Shown here: one piece after another, positions 42,354 to 58,284 of the stretch | Position numbering within the stretch: position 1 is the stretch's first letter | How the letters are laid out: the number at the start of each line of letters is the position of its first letter | Source of the DNA: the human T2T-CHM13v2.0 reference genome, Homo sapiens | Length of the DNA: 64,000 nt | Reading direction: 5' to 3' (one strand) | NCBI RefSeq assembly: GCF_009914755.1 | Contig: NC_060928.1 | The notes under the pieces: model-generated | The model's input: only the letters and a program-made list of their open reading frames with translations | What the model was told of the DNA's origin: nothing | The model's database searches: none | Program-made: the position numbers and the translations under genes

Positions 42354-44679
42354 GTGAGATTTCCTTTTATCCCATTAAGTCAAGTAATTTTCTTCTTCCA
42401 ATTATTTTAGTTCATTCAATTAATGATAGGAATGTCACAATTAGCAATCAGCCAAGATGTACACTTTTACCATTTCCATATGCTTAGAGCTGTCCTGAAA
42501 GGATTTTCTTCGCCTGTCTATGATGACTGATGCCACTATGCAGAACTTTAAAAGCTCATTCATGTCGTCCTTGCTGTCATCACAGAGCAGCATTATATTC
42601 ATGGAATCAGAGTCCTCAGTTAAAAGCCAGAAAGGGGCCCTGACGTGTGAGGCAGTGGCTTAGGCTCTGGTGTTGGAAGCCATAAACCCTCCTTATTGTT
42701 AAGAAAACGAGAAACATACTGGCAGACATGACAGCTGCTTAGTATGATTTTTGTTAAGTAAACAGGTAAGTTACTTTGGCAGTTCAACATCTGAGCCTCA
42801 TTTGGAAACTATCTGAAAGCTTGCAGTGCTCATGAAGACTGTGGTGACTAGACAAATAAAAACTTAAGTAGGGTTTTGTTATTTGCTTCAGCAAAAGAAA
42901 GATTTGAATGTTTTATTCCTTTAAAGAATATGTTTATCTCACCCCTGGTCCTTCCCACTCACCCATCACAACATTTATACATATGTACTTCAATCATCTT
43001 GAATCATCAATAGTCAGTTGTTAATTTCATGGATCAAACCTGAGCTATCAGAAGCTGATAAAATTATATGTTGTCAAAAATACATTAGTCATAAATTTAG
43101 AAACAGCTAATCATAACAAAACCTAAGGATTCTCACAGACACGACTGTTGTTGAGCACTAGGACTTGTTACTCTTTAGCCACACCATGCTGCAAATTTCG
43201 GATTCCTTCTATACTATTTTCATGACTCCGTTTTCAAATTACAATTCAAGTCTTTTTCAAAAGAATTAACTCTAATAATCTGAAAAGTTTACTAAGGGCA
43301 CTTTAAAATATTCTTTCTCAATTGCAAATTGTATATGTTTTTCTGAGATTTTGTCCTTTTTCTATGCAACAAAACGCTTTTCTGAGGGAAATGTAGGTCG
43401 ACATTGGCTCTTGCAGAACAAAAAAAGAATCAGTTCAAACAATCTCTGGGCAGTATCACATATCACATATCACAGGTTGATAACATCCCTTCTCTATTTA
43501 ACTGTATACATTTTCTTTCACAGTAAGATAAATACCCATCTATATACTATAGTGATTTTTTTTCCACAAGTGTGAAATTAATGACCTCCATAAGAAAAGC
43601 AAAGATAAATGAAAATAAAATCAGACACTTAGGGGATTATTGAAGTTGGCAACCTTAAGAATAAAAATCAAACTAATGTTAATTCACAAAATAGCAGCAT
43701 TCTAAAGACTCATAATGAGGTGTACGGATTTCACTCAGATATAATACAATTAGTTTCAAAACAGACATTGTTATTCTGTTATACTGTCTCAGTCTATGTG
43801 TTTTTGCAAAGTACCTGGTAGCATTGTAATGGATTCTCTCTCCTTCTCACAAAAATCTTTCTCTCTTCATCTGGATTGTTTAGTCTGTGGCTGAGTTTAG
43901 GTGCATTTTACACCTTCAATCTATTATTAGTGTCTAATTACCAAGGTTGCCATAAGGGACCTTGGCTTTGTGATCTTAGTTCTCCTCTAGTAGGGTGGTC
44001 TCAGAGTGACATACCTGAAGGCCTGACTTCTCATTATGGTGCCTGTTTCTGGTGAGTCATGTCATGTGGGGGGCCCGGGTTAAGATTTGTGTTTGCTTTT
44101 CAGAAGGTGGGGGAAGTAGCAGAGTCCCAAAGAAACCGTCCTTGTACACAGACATGAGCATAAATTTCAAAATTAAACTGACTATAAGAAAACAAATGTT
44201 TTTATAAACATTTGTTGGGAGCCTCATGCTGTTTTGATTTGGCCATCAACGTTTATTATCATAATATTTCTTCCTAGATGAGTTGACACTTAAGTATGTG
44301 AACAGGATTATTTTGGAAACAAACTAATTACAAGCACAGTAGTGTTCAGGAGGTCTGTGTTAGGGTAGAATTGTTTTTCTAAAATTTTTGAGGTAGAATT
44401 TTAAAAAAGATTCTTGTCAGCTAAAAAAACAATATATAGACACGTTTTGTTATACCAAAAATCAAACACAAATTAAACTTTTAGGTTAATTGTATTCTCA
44501 TACCAAAACCCCCAGGTTTGCTAGAATAATGTTTTCAGAATAACTTTCAAACATCAGTTGATTTGTGGCCCAAGAAGAGAAAAGCAGGAAACTATGAAAT
44601 TTTTATTTTCTATATTATATGTCATAGAAGTTACATTCTTACCATAGGATTTATGTTTTTCCTATTTTTCCCTACATGT

Positions 44680-44718
44680 GCACACACACAGACACACACA
44701 AAAACACACACACACACA
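44680..44718. repeat. Interrupted (CA)n microsatellite
   Basis: Direct reading. Confidence 0.85.
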
Positions 44719-44977
44719 ATGAGGGAGTTTAGAAACCATAGAAACTATATACGCAGTATCTCTTAAATCATTTTGGCAAAAACAGATAAGGTTCTAGTAT
44801 TACCACCTCAGTCTGTAAGGACAATTTGATCTAAAGCTGTAAGTTACATAATCATTTACATAAGTTCAAATCAATTACAGTGTGCAGCAATCTCAGAAAA
44901 GGATGGTGAGATATTCTCTTGTAAAAATTAAATGCCATTGTTTAGCATGAAAAAAAATAGAAAATGCCTAGAACTCA

Positions 44978-45313
<336 letters not shown>

Positions 45314-45962
45314 GCAACTTCCAAGGAAACAGAAAAGGAATTAAGTTTGCCTCCATGTTAGAACATTGTACACACTCCTGGAATACCTTCAGGGACTGAA
45401 CAGTCACATCTTATGGCAGGGCAGAGTTAGGGTCAAATCAACACCAGTCACCCAGTTGGCTCAGCCAACCCACAGGATCCAAAAAAGTCTCTAGTACTGA
45501 ATTCAGCATGCCATAGCCTGGGGGATCCTTCAGCTAGCAATTCTGAAAAACAGATTTAGATGAACTGAGCACAAAATCTTGGCAATAACTTTACTTTCAC
45601 TTAGTAATGCCATCTGAAACTAGTCAAGATTGGGAGCAAGTCTATCTAGGTCAGACAGGGAGTCAACTGGTCTGATCTCTAAATCTTCCTTAGTGTAGCA
45701 CTCAGCATAGATTATTTCACCATACTGTGCCCCTTTGTCCATCAAAAATATATAGAAGATGATATTTCTGTCCCTGCTGCATTCTACAGAGGGCTGTGAA
45801 GGTGTTTAAATAATCTATTTTAAACATATTACATTCTTTAGTAATTTTTGTGTGTTTATTCCAGGCATTCCAGGATTATTTTCAGGTGATCTCTCAACTT
45901 TTAAGGTTCCTTTATTTCCAAAATTGGAATAAAGACATCTATGGAGCTTCTAAGAATGCTCA

Positions 45963-46262
<300 letters not shown>

Positions 46263-47869
46263 GAACTCTCAATACATAGTTTTCAAATTATACCTTGGAT
46301 GCTCTTTGCTAAATCCTTTCAGAATTACATAAATGTTCCTAGGGGTGGAAATTAAAGAATTCTGACAAAGTTATGTAACTTCCAAGATTTATTTTTATAG
46401 AACACGAATTTTTTTATAGTATTGACAAATATTATTTAATTTTTGTTTCAGATGAACTTAAACCAAATGACTTTTTTTGAAACATTTCCAGAGTTTATGT
46501 TTCTAGGAATTTGTAAAGGAAAATTATTCTCCATCATGTTGATTTAATTATTATGTACCCACTCTTGCTATATTTTAACATATCATTTATCTGTTACCCA
46601 ACCAAGTCACACAGACCATTCCCTTAATAAGTCTATAAATTAATAATGCAAATTCCAGGCTCGAGAGGTCATTTTACATACATGTTGTATCCCCAATCTC
46701 CTCTGTGACCAATATCAAAAACTGCCCCTCATTCCTCTTCCCCCCATGGCCCACTTACTGCCCTTTGTCTATTGTTTTCTTAATATCTTCATCCTACTTC
46801 TTATTAGACTGGATGCTAAAGAGTGCTTTTTTCAAAAAAATCACTTCATAAGAGGAAACCAGTTCTGTTTATCCTTTGCATATATCTCAGGGAGCCAGCA
46901 GGCAGCTCTGCCATCCTAAAGAAAGTTACACATAATAGAGCAGCTTTAGCCCAATAAGCCAGTCTAGTCCCAATTCATCAGCCAAAGTTTTATGCAAGTG
47001 GCCCCCCTAAGTTGATAAATTCCCACAGTGCCTGTTGACCCAGCTGCCAAGTCCTCTTGCAGCAGGTGGTGTTTTCATGGCCACCCTGACAGTAATACAA
47101 ACTGTTTAGCAGCTCCATTGACCTTTCAGCTATTAACAGGGATACAGGCTCCACTAGGGACTAGTTTTCAAACATGACAGAATTTCTTAACACTAGAGGT
47201 CATGAACAAGTATATGCCCTATAAAAGTCCATTCAGCATGGTGGATTTGAAGTCTAAGAGGCAAGGAAACATTTTCCACATTTTTGCTATCATCATTATT
47301 CTATGTATCCAGTAACCAAAGATGAATATACATGTATCTGCCTGACTATATTTTATTATCAGTATACTAGATTTCCTGTTGTGGTGCACAATACCTTTTC
47401 ATCTAACAAATCCCTACTAAGCTGCCATATAGCATCTGAAATTTTAGAGATATACCACAAAAGATTTGGGCAACATCAAAGTTGAAACTTCTAATGAATG
47501 GATGAGCATGCATACATAATAGATGGTAGCAGCCTGAGTATCACTAAAATTGTATTCATACTTTAGTAAGATTTGCATACATGTACATGTGTACAGACAC
47601 ACTGAAACATACAGGTAACACATGCAATGTTATGTAGAGCTGTCACCTATTTCAAAATAAATAGGTGCTATTATATAATAATTTATGACAAAAAACTTTG
47701 TGTGACCATGTTATTTTAAAGGGTTTATGTCTTATTTTTAAAAACCATCATATGCTTTTATTCCAAGTGCTGACAGATTTGTATTTATAAAATGCAAAAC
47801 TACTTCTATTTCTCCCCTACTTGAAATCCTTCACTGGTCACCCACAGCTATTAAAGATGAATCTAAACT

Positions 47870-48030
47870 TTTAATTTTTCCCCAACTTTAAGATATAATT
47901 GACAAATAAGAATTGCATATATTTACAGTGTACAACATGATGTTTTGATAAATGTTGTGAAATGACTGAGTCAAGTTAACTAGCATATCCATCGCCTTAC
48001 CTACTTATCATTATTTCTGGTGAGAACATA
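47870..48030 (-). mobile_element. L1MA-type 3'-end fragment
   Basis: atataattgacaaataagaattgcatatatttacagtgtacaacatgatgttttgata...tggtgagaaca. Confidence 0.75.
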
Positions 48031-48043
48031 TATCAGTCTTCTT

Positions 48044-48044
<1 letters not shown>

Positions 48045-48077
<33 letters not shown>

Positions 48078-48129
48078 TTATATATATATATGTATATATA
48101 TATGTATGTATGCATATATATATATATAT
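48045..48129. repeat. Compound (TG)n(TA)n microsatellite
   Basis: Direct reading. Confidence 0.95.
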
Positions 48130-48972
48130 CCCATTTCCTGGAAATGTGACATATGACCACAGCATTCAAAGGAATTTTCTCTTTTATACTAAGTAGTCTC
48201 TTTTAAGCTATCAATTTTGATACTTAGAATATCATCTTCTTTAGTAATTGGATAGATTGCTATGAAAACTTGACTGAATTGCCACTTCAAACTGGCATTC
48301 ATCTAAAAAGCCATAAAATGGAGAATGTGAATGGTGAAGAATATATTCTTCAAAGTGAGACTTATATATTGAGTGAAAAATTCTTAAAAGCATTTTCTTT
48401 TCAATTAACATGGCCACCACCACTGCCATGCCCACCACTATCTCTTGTAGGACAATGCTAGAAGTCTGATATTAGTCCTTTTGAATATCTTATACTTTTA
48501 TAGTAAATTAGTATATCATCAGATATTGCAGAACCTTAAAGACAGATTTAATGTTGCATTAGATATGTCTGAAACAGTCATGCAAATTTTTTGAAAAGAT
48601 GTTTTCTAGAGGAAGATGTAGCTTATAAAGAAAAAACTGCATCTTAGCATCATTTTGTTACTAATTCATTTTGTTTGATTTAAAAAATTTGTTACTTAAA
48701 TGACTTATTTTTGTCAACCGTGACAAATGAATGATATATGAACATCAAAATTTGGAAATTCATCAGGCTAGTCATCTTCAAAGAGAATTTGAACTAACAT
48801 TCCTGTGCTCTTTTATAGGAAAGAAACTTGTTTTAAATTTCTTTTCTCCTTTAAAGCATTTAGTGAATCTTAAATTTCTACCTTTGTATGATATGAAATT
48901 AAAACACTGGTAGATCTATTGCTTTATAAGTGGGGAAATGGAGCTAAGAATTTATTTTTTGATGATTTCTAA

Positions 48973-49364
<392 letters not shown>

Positions 49365-50464
49365 TATTTACTCTATTTGTTAATATTAGTTGTCATTCCC
49401 CTGGGCTATTTTTATCACAATAAAAATAGATAAAATCAGAAAAAAATTCTCTGGTTATATTAAGTTACTAAAGCAATACTTGTGTTTAACATTTTTATCA
49501 ATTATGGTTTATGAATTAAGTATTTAAATTAAAAACTTGATTTTGGACATGAAATTCTGAACAGAATATATTTCCTTCTTTATATTAGGAAGCAATGGCA
49601 TTGGCTTTTTTATTATAACCTAATTATTTAGTTTTTATTTTGTGTCATATCAGAGTAAGTACAGATATAATCCAAGATTTCTGATTTCATTAAGTCCTGA
49701 TTTCATTAGAAGCATTTTTTAATGTCTCCTGTGTTCAGTATATTATATTTGCATTATGTGCTACAGAGGGAGAGAATGAATGAGAAGTTGGTCCCATCCC
49801 CTAAGGAGTTTATTTTCACTTTAAATCAGGAGATTGCATATATTATTAAAATGTAAAAAATATTATTTGAGGTAAAACAGTTTGAAACAAAAATACTGTA
49901 CCATAACCCTGTACATTATAAATTGCCAAATTAATGATCCAGAAGTTCTTGATGTAGGTAAAATTCACCATGATTTGGTTTCCCATTCAAGTCTGTTCTG
50001 CTACAGTGCAAATTTCTTTAACACTAATAAGCTCATATACAAAAGAGAATATCAGCACAACATGAAAGTAGTTATGTAGCTTTTCAAGCAAGAGGTAACG
50101 AGAATTATAAGGAAAGGAACATGCCCTCAGCCTAGCTGTTGCACAAGCAGAAAAAGCCTTCTCAACTGAGCCGTCAATGAAAAGGAAGTGCCTGTACTGG
50201 GTTTCCCTCTCTCTCGATGCATCCCACAGTCTTCCATGGCTCTCTTCAGGGTGCACATCCACTTTTCAGAGTTCCACTTCCATCATTATTTTGTTTTGTG
50301 TGTTTCTAATCTCTCCTGAAGCGACCTCCAGCTACTTCTGAGCTGCTTGCTGGTTGCCCAAACTTTCTTCCAAGGTACCAGCTTTTGTTTTCACCACTGC
50401 TTTAGTTACAAAGCTGCACAGATCTTGAGGGGTCTGCCCCAAACCAATTCTTCCCATAAGCCCT

Positions 50465-50819
50465 TGTCTTAGTCAGCTGAGGTTGTTATAACAAAATACC
50501 TAGGTGGCTTAAACAACAGACTTCTGATCGTACTGGAGGAAATCCAAGAGCAGGGTACCAGCATGGTTGGATGCTTGGTGAAGGCTCCGTTTCTGGTTTA
50601 CATATTGCCACCTTCTCACTGTATCCTAACACGATGGAGAGAGAAAGCAAGCTCTCTGGTGACACTTCTTATAACGGCAATAATCGCATCATGGGGGCTC
50701 TATCTTCATGACCTTATTTAAATCTCACTTCTTCCCAAAGACCCTGTCTCCTAATGCTGTTATTTTCGGGGTTAGGGCCTCAATATGTGATTTTGGAGGG
50801 AAACAAGCAGTCCGTAACA
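50465..50819 (-). mobile_element. MLT1A-like MaLR solo LTR
   Basis: tgtcttagtc...ataacaaaatacc...ggtggcttaaacaacag...agcaagctctctggtg...cagtccgtaaca; 5-bp flanks gccct/gcccc. Confidence 0.85.
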
Positions 50820-52874
50820 GCCCCCTTATTTTAAGTGCCATTTTGTGGAATACAATATTTTTCAGGAACATGTACATTGAATTACAGTAGAAATGCCTAT
50901 TTTTCTATATTCACTGCTCATATTATAGTTGATCAGTTTCTAAAGCTAGGATATTGCAAATATAATACCACAAATACCTAAGGCAGTTTGATAAAACTGG
51001 ACCTTGTCTTTTTATCTAAAAGCATATGACATTATTATTTAGTTTCATTAATCTTTTCTCCTAGGTTTTCCCTGTAAGATATTACATAACTTTTCATGTC
51101 CTGAATTTCCCATGGAAATATATGCATTGAGTTAAGTTGATAAACCAAAGTTGATACAGGATATCCACATACCCTTTTAGATATTTGTGTACTGTGGTGT
51201 TGATGATTGTATAGTGAGATTAATAGGACCTGAAATGTGGGTACATTGCTACCTTTTTTCCTAAAGTAAGAGGGCCAGTTCAGTGGAAAGAACACTGAAC
51301 CAGGAAAGAGTTCCAGAATTCTCTGTAACTAGCTGTGTGAAAGCCACTTAATCTCTTCATACACTTTCTGATCTTTTAAACTTAAGAATTACAAAGCTGA
51401 CCCTCTCTCATGAGAATAAAGTTAAACTTGAAAAATGTAAGTGGCTTCATTATTTGCTTTTATTATGGTTGCATCTTTAACCATAGAAGAAAATTAGATG
51501 GATATTTGTGAAATTTCTGACAATGTTATTAGCAGTAGACAGTCAAACCTGTGGCTCGATTCACTAAGTTACTACTGCTTTTGCCTCCTTTGAAAGGTTT
51601 AGTGCCAACTCAGTTTCAAACTGCCTAGGTATTAAAGCCAAGTAACACTGTTTCTTAGTGAGCAAGTGAGTTCAACCTGTGAGGATGAGACTTTTAAATC
51701 TTGGAAATCCTCAAAATGAAGAAAATATTAGTCGCAAAGAAGACAGCCAATGCTGAGCCCCACTTGTTTTCAGCACATTTCAGGACACAGAAATTTCTAG
51801 ACACTATGTAAAAATAAGATAGAACATTAGCTTTATCCATCCTAAACTCAAATTTTAGAAATGTTTAGTACAAATTAAAAATTAGAATATGATTTATAAG
51901 GTATATAAATTCAGAGTTATCCTTGAATTCAAAGGTTTTTTTTCCTCTTTATTCTAGTATCAGAGTTATTTAAGAATACATAATACAGATATTTCTGCAG
52001 CCTACATATGCTATAATGTCAAGGAAGGTATTCCTTAAAAATAAAATGAAAGCTGTAACTCTTAAAACATTTAATTTCTTGCTGTACTTCAGATAGTACT
52101 TGAAAAATACATTAGGAAATGTGTGTTGCTGTCAATCCTGCCATGAAGTCCCAATGAGATCAATATTACATGGTTACACAGGAAGAGATTCCATTGGCTC
52201 CGTTCTTCTACCTGGAATATGGTTGTATTATAAATATATGATTCCTCGGCGAAATTTAGTTTATATAATGCATTGTTGTTTTTAAAGCTGCCTACAAAAT
52301 GGCTATGTGTAGTCTCAAAACATGCGGTAAATCCTTCAGAATACAGCATTCTACTCCTTATAAGTAAACTGACACTGAAGAAAGAAACACCGATATGACC
52401 AGGAAAAATTCAGTGAGCAGCCAGATTAAAGACAATTACGAAGAAGAAAAATATCAGTTTGTGTACTGCCTTTGAGAAAGGCACTAAAATGATTAATAAA
52501 AAGATGACACAGCAAGTACTATACTAGCACTTATTCCTATTCGTAAAGCTCCACAGATGGAAGACAGTAAAAATTTATCCCATCATAAGAAATTTTTCAC
52601 TTCCTTACCCTTTTTTAGGTAAAAGTGATGAGTATTGGCTTAAAAATGATGAGTGGTCAAGGATAATCACTGTGTATCAAATTGCTTACAGCGTGAGGAA
52701 ATTCATTAAACCATAGAATCTGCTGTGGCATTCGAAGACTGCCTCCTTGTTCAGGGCAAGGACTCCACCCAGTTGGAAGATTTCAGAGCATTCTGTACTT
52801 GGAAGTGCCTGAATACACTAATTAATGGCCACATTGATTCCTCCTGGCTGGGAAATGGACCTAATTTAGAAACA

Positions 52875-52972
52875 GGCCTCACAAACTTGAATATGCATGT
52901 GAGTCACCTGGCCATTTTGTTAAAGATTCAAAATCAGTAGGTCTGGGGTTAGAGCCTGAGATTCTGCATTCT
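52875..52972. mobile_element. MER5A-like fragment
   Basis: aatcagtaggtctggggttagagcctgagattctgcatt. Confidence 0.65.
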
Positions 52973-54726
52973 GTGGAATGAGGATTTTGACTTATCAATT
53001 TTTCCTAACTCATGAGAATGAAAGAAAGCATGGAAGAAAAGTAGTTTTTTAAATGTTAGAGTTGCAAGGGTGCTCTTTTCCATGTGTCCCAATGTGTCTG
53101 TGGATAAAGGAGTAACACAGCTCTTATGTTACCTTCCACCCTTAAACATAAAGCTGTCTAAGACAGGCTACAGAATTATTACATCTTCTAATACTTCCAT
53201 CAGGATATCATACATAAGTATTATTCTTGATCTGCATATCTTGTTTTACAATGAAATGAATTCAAAATCTGGACACCTCACAAAAATTTCAGAATGAGCT
53301 CCTTTATTTTTGTTAGACAAAATAGATTTCTGCAGTGCTCATTTGGAAGGGTAGTCCTCCTCAGACAGGATTTATCCTCGTACCTCCGCGCAGAATCAAA
53401 GGACTTCTCATGTACTGATTTATTTGTTCATCCCCTAAATTAAATATCATGAAATGAAAACTGTTCAGAATACCACTACCCAAAGACATTCACTGTTGGT
53501 CTTAGCTATTCACAGAAAGTCATCACCTCTAATGGATGTTATAAATAACTTATGCTTCTCAACTTCCCTTCTTTCAAAAAAGTATCCAAATCTTTATACT
53601 ACTACACAAAGCAAGCCAAAGTTGGTTTCTAAGAAAATTTTTTAAATTTCTGAAAACAGTGCTTTATACATTAAAGAATGTTGGACAGTTTTTTGAACTA
53701 GGGTTTTAGTGTTTCATTATTTGTCATGCATGAAGGGATTAGGAAATATGTTTTTCTGATTTAAATTAAGTTCAAAGGCTATGGGGATAGCTGTCAACAA
53801 ATAGGCTAGATATATTCTTTTTTACAAGCCTAAACAACCTCTTGGGTAAGTTTTCTGTTTTGAAAGTTACTCTGACTTCATTTAGTAAAGTGAAGGTTCC
53901 AAAAGTTTAAAGAGTTATTGTTTAAAAGAAGAACGAGACAATTTAAATGATTCTTATTAGATCGTACATTAAAGCACCCAATTTTCCAGTCCAATAAAAT
54001 TAAGTAAGAAAATGGGTTAATGCATCACAGATATATACCCTAAAGTTTTGTTTAGATTCTATCTAGGTGTGTATATGTAGTACTTAAGTATATGTAAGAT
54101 GGTCTATTTCAACATGACAATAATAATAAAGTTTAAAGGTACTGTTTATTCCTTTTTTGTTTCTCTTTATTTCATGTAAAAGGGCCCTGTTCTTTTCAGT
54201 AAAAGGAAGAATGTCACCATTACAAAGAGTTATTGGAGGGGAATGGTTGGAATCACCAAAAATCTTTGTCAGACGTTACCAAATATTAGAAAAATGAATT
54301 TTAATGTGTTGACTTAATTCCCATCTGTAAGAGAAGACAATCCTCTCTCTTTATCTCATGCTCACCTTGACTTCTTAGCCTTCGGTTTATTTACTATGAT
54401 TATAATTATTATCAAAATGCATCTTTCAGAATGAGTATAACTGTACCTTGGAAAAAAACTTTAAGACAAGTTTATTTAGGCAATAGAGAGAAATACAGTA
54501 AATGTTTTGTGTTTATGATATGAAAGTATAGCAATTAGATTTTAAGGATATCCCTCCCCTGAATGGCCCATATTTTCCTAATATCTTTACACAACAACAT
54601 AGAAGGGGCACAAACACCCTTTTAAAATTCCATATTCTTATTAATTTCATTCATTCAATAGATTTCTATTAACCATCTTCCATGTGCAACACATTCTTCT
54701 AGGTCCTGGGGAGCCACAAGAGATGA

Positions 54727-55113
<387 letters not shown>

Positions 55114-57408
55114 TAATTTAATTTAATAAACATTTATTGACTGACTATACAGGATTTTCCTAGTTCCTATGAATATGAATACTTGAAGAAGATAAAATAC
55201 ATGGTGGTATAAATGTCATCTCTCTATAACATCCCTTAAAGTAGTTGCCTCCTCATCTGTATTTCTATGATACTTCATGTGTGCCTGTATCATAGCAAAG
55301 ATCACACTGCATTATACTTTTGTGTATGCATGTTTGTCTTATCCTCAGTGGTCTGTGTGAGGCTCAGGACCCTGTACTATTTATGTCTTATCTCCCTGAA
55401 GAGCGCAGTACTTGCCCAAGTAAATGATTGGACTTGAAGAGGATTGAGTATGTAGCTTCTGCCCTCAGAAAAACTTCAGTGAAGAAGGGAAAAAAATAGA
55501 TAAATAGCCTATTCCTGAAGAGAACCCTAAAAGAGACAGGCAATCTTTTAGGTAAATGTTCATATTAAGGGAGCCCTGATAGAGTAACAGTTTAAAAGAG
55601 AGAGGATTGATTTAATATAATAAGTACAGAATGTTATTTATCAACTGTGTAGAACAAAAAAAGATAATTTCTCCCGGTATTTAAATAAAACTTGAGGGAA
55701 TTACAATGTTTGTATATTACAGCCACACAGTCTTATATAAATTAAAGTAAACAAGCCCAGGTGTGAAATAATTACTACATCCGTGGGTAAACAAGCATTT
55801 ACCAAATCTTAGGGAAAAAATAATTTAGAATCTTCTCCCTAATCTGAGTTTCCTTATGTTTGAATGTTTGGTGAAAAGTAGTCAAAGCATCAAATTGGAG
55901 TATCAGCAGAGAAACAGGGGTCAGACACTCTCCCCCAAAGAATAGCCCTTCAGTATCAGATTCCTATTTATCATGTCCTCATTCCTTTTCCCAGTGCCCA
56001 TGAATCAGTGTTCCTATACTTTGCCTCGAACAGGCAATATCTTCTAGTTGTTGTTTAACAAAGTTCATCTATATTCATGACCTAAATGATGCCATCTCTT
56101 TGGATTCACCTATTCAGGCATAAACCATCTCATGGGGTAGTATGTGAGAGTAGGTACCTGCAAATTTTGCATTGCCTATAACATGTAATAGATTTTTGAC
56201 ATACTCTATTTCTGGGTCTCTTTTCTTGAATGAGTCAGAAAGTGGGTGAGCAAGTGAGTAAGGAATAGAAATTAGATGCACAGAATTCTGCAATTTCAAC
56301 TAGAATATTTGTTTACTGAATGCCACTCAGTGGCCTATGACTCAGAAGAATTTCATGGCTACTGAAAAACTGCTCTTCTTGTGGTCAGAAATGCCACCAT
56401 TGTCTCACAAACAAAATAAGAATTTTAAATGAGAAAGAAATAGAATATACTTGGGATACTCAAGAACAAGAAGAAGGCGAAGATTGTGTCCTTACTTTTC
56501 TTGGCATAGTCATTTAACATTTTCTCTACCTTATCCCACCCCACCCTTACTCCCAGAAAGACACTTTTGAGGAACATATGGAAACTGTTAATGTTTTCTG
56601 AATAAAAATATGCTTAGTGCATAGAATGCCTGAAGGGCCTTTCACATAAATTGACCATTCCTAGATTCAAATAAGAAGCTGAATAGATTTAAGGGAGTTT
56701 TCTGAATTGTCATGTTAGCTACAGAACATAGCACTTTCTACATAGAGTGGGACTTTTCTTCTGGAGAAGAGCTAGGGAAGCCACCGTACATTTTAAATAT
56801 TTTTGTTTTTAACATATATGGTTTTTATATGGTTTTGAGTCATTGTAGAAACAGCCTGAGATCAGGACCCAAATTATCATCACTGTTCATATTGCCATAG
56901 GGACATAACAAGGTAACCTATCTCCAAAAAATTGAGTCTACAGGGCTTAATTATTTGCTTATCTCAAAAAGCTCTGTAATTTACCTCTTGAGGTTTTGAC
57001 CTGTAATGATCACCTTCTTTTTATGGTACTTAAGGTGTCCATTTGCTTGGCCGTCCTAATGCTGTTGATTTGACTGTCAATGAAAACATTTGTTTACATT
57101 CCTTAACTGAAAAGAAACTTCTCACCACACTGTGGCACAGGTAACAGCGACTGACAGGAAAGTGCCACTGGATATTTTTTTCCCTGAAGATTAGGTAATG
57201 AGCAGTTGTGACCATGACTCCAGCCTGACCCAGCTCAAATGACATCTTATTTTAAAAACAGTAAGAACCATAAAAATCTTCTGAAGGCATCTTGGTTTCC
57301 ACTATAAATGATGGCAGTTGTAGAACAATTAAAATCTATGACTTTTTACACTGCAAATAAGATGTTTCTGTTTGCTACTTTTAGCATTCTTTTTTCCTTA
57401 TAGCAGGA

Positions 57409-57503
57409 CAAAATCAAATTATTTATATATACATATATAATCATTACATATATGGATCAAAATCAGATTTTATATATATATAATCTTCACATATATATGG
57501 ATC
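57409..57503. repeat. Diverged tandem duplication of a ~47-nt TA-rich unit
   Basis: caaaatcaaatt...atataatc...acatatatggat occurs at 57409-57457 and again at 57458-57502. Confidence 0.75.
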
Positions 57504-58135
57504 TTTCTGTGCATGGAGTTTAAACTTCAACTCAATAGTATACACACATATATTATGGTCACCTTTCAAGAAAAATCAGTCTAAAAATATTATCTCAAAA
57601 GAAATATAAAATTAAAACAAAAATAAAATTTAAAAAAAAAACAAAGATTCCAAAGCTTTTCAGGCTACAAGTCATTTTGATGAATGCCTTCAGCCCTGTA
57701 CTACTGCCAACTGTGTCAATAACAAGTGAAACTATCTCAGACACTATTCCTAAACATTTTTGTAGATATAGGGGGAAAAGTTTTAAGATATTTATACTAC
57801 TTTACTTTAAATATTGCAATTGTTAGAAATTCTTACTTACCAAATGTGAAATATCAATTTAATTAAAGATATTTTCATCAATGGGCTTTGATCAGGATAA
57901 AGTTTCTTAGAATGTTTAATGTGTTTAGTTGGGTTACAAACTGGTTAGTTTGTTTCCTCACTGGTATGTATTTCCTATCCTTAGAAAGTTGTAAATCTGA
58001 CTGAGTCACTTAAAAAAAAAAAAAAGTCTCTCTAGAAAGTAAGAGGCATGCTTTGTAAGCCACAGAATCACTAGATTTCATTCCACTGTTGATTTTCAAA
58101 TGGAATACACTTTCAACTATTGTGTTTTAATGTAG

Positions 58136-58284
58136 ACCTTTAATGCCTGAGGAATGCAGAGCCACGGTACAACCTGCACAGACACTGACTTCAGAGTGCT
58201 CCAGGCTCTGTCGAAACGGCTACTGCACCCCCACGGGAAAGTGCTGCTGCAGTCCAGGCTGGGAGGGGGACTTCTGCAGAACTG
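58136..58284 (+). CDS. HHIP: HHIP exon 12 (149 nt), EGF-like domain 1: (R)PLMPEECRATVQPAQTLTSECSRLCRNGYCTPTGKCCCSPGWEGDFCRT(A)
   Basis: ttttaatgtag| acceptor, CTG|gttagt donor; EGF cysteine pattern. Confidence 0.97.
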
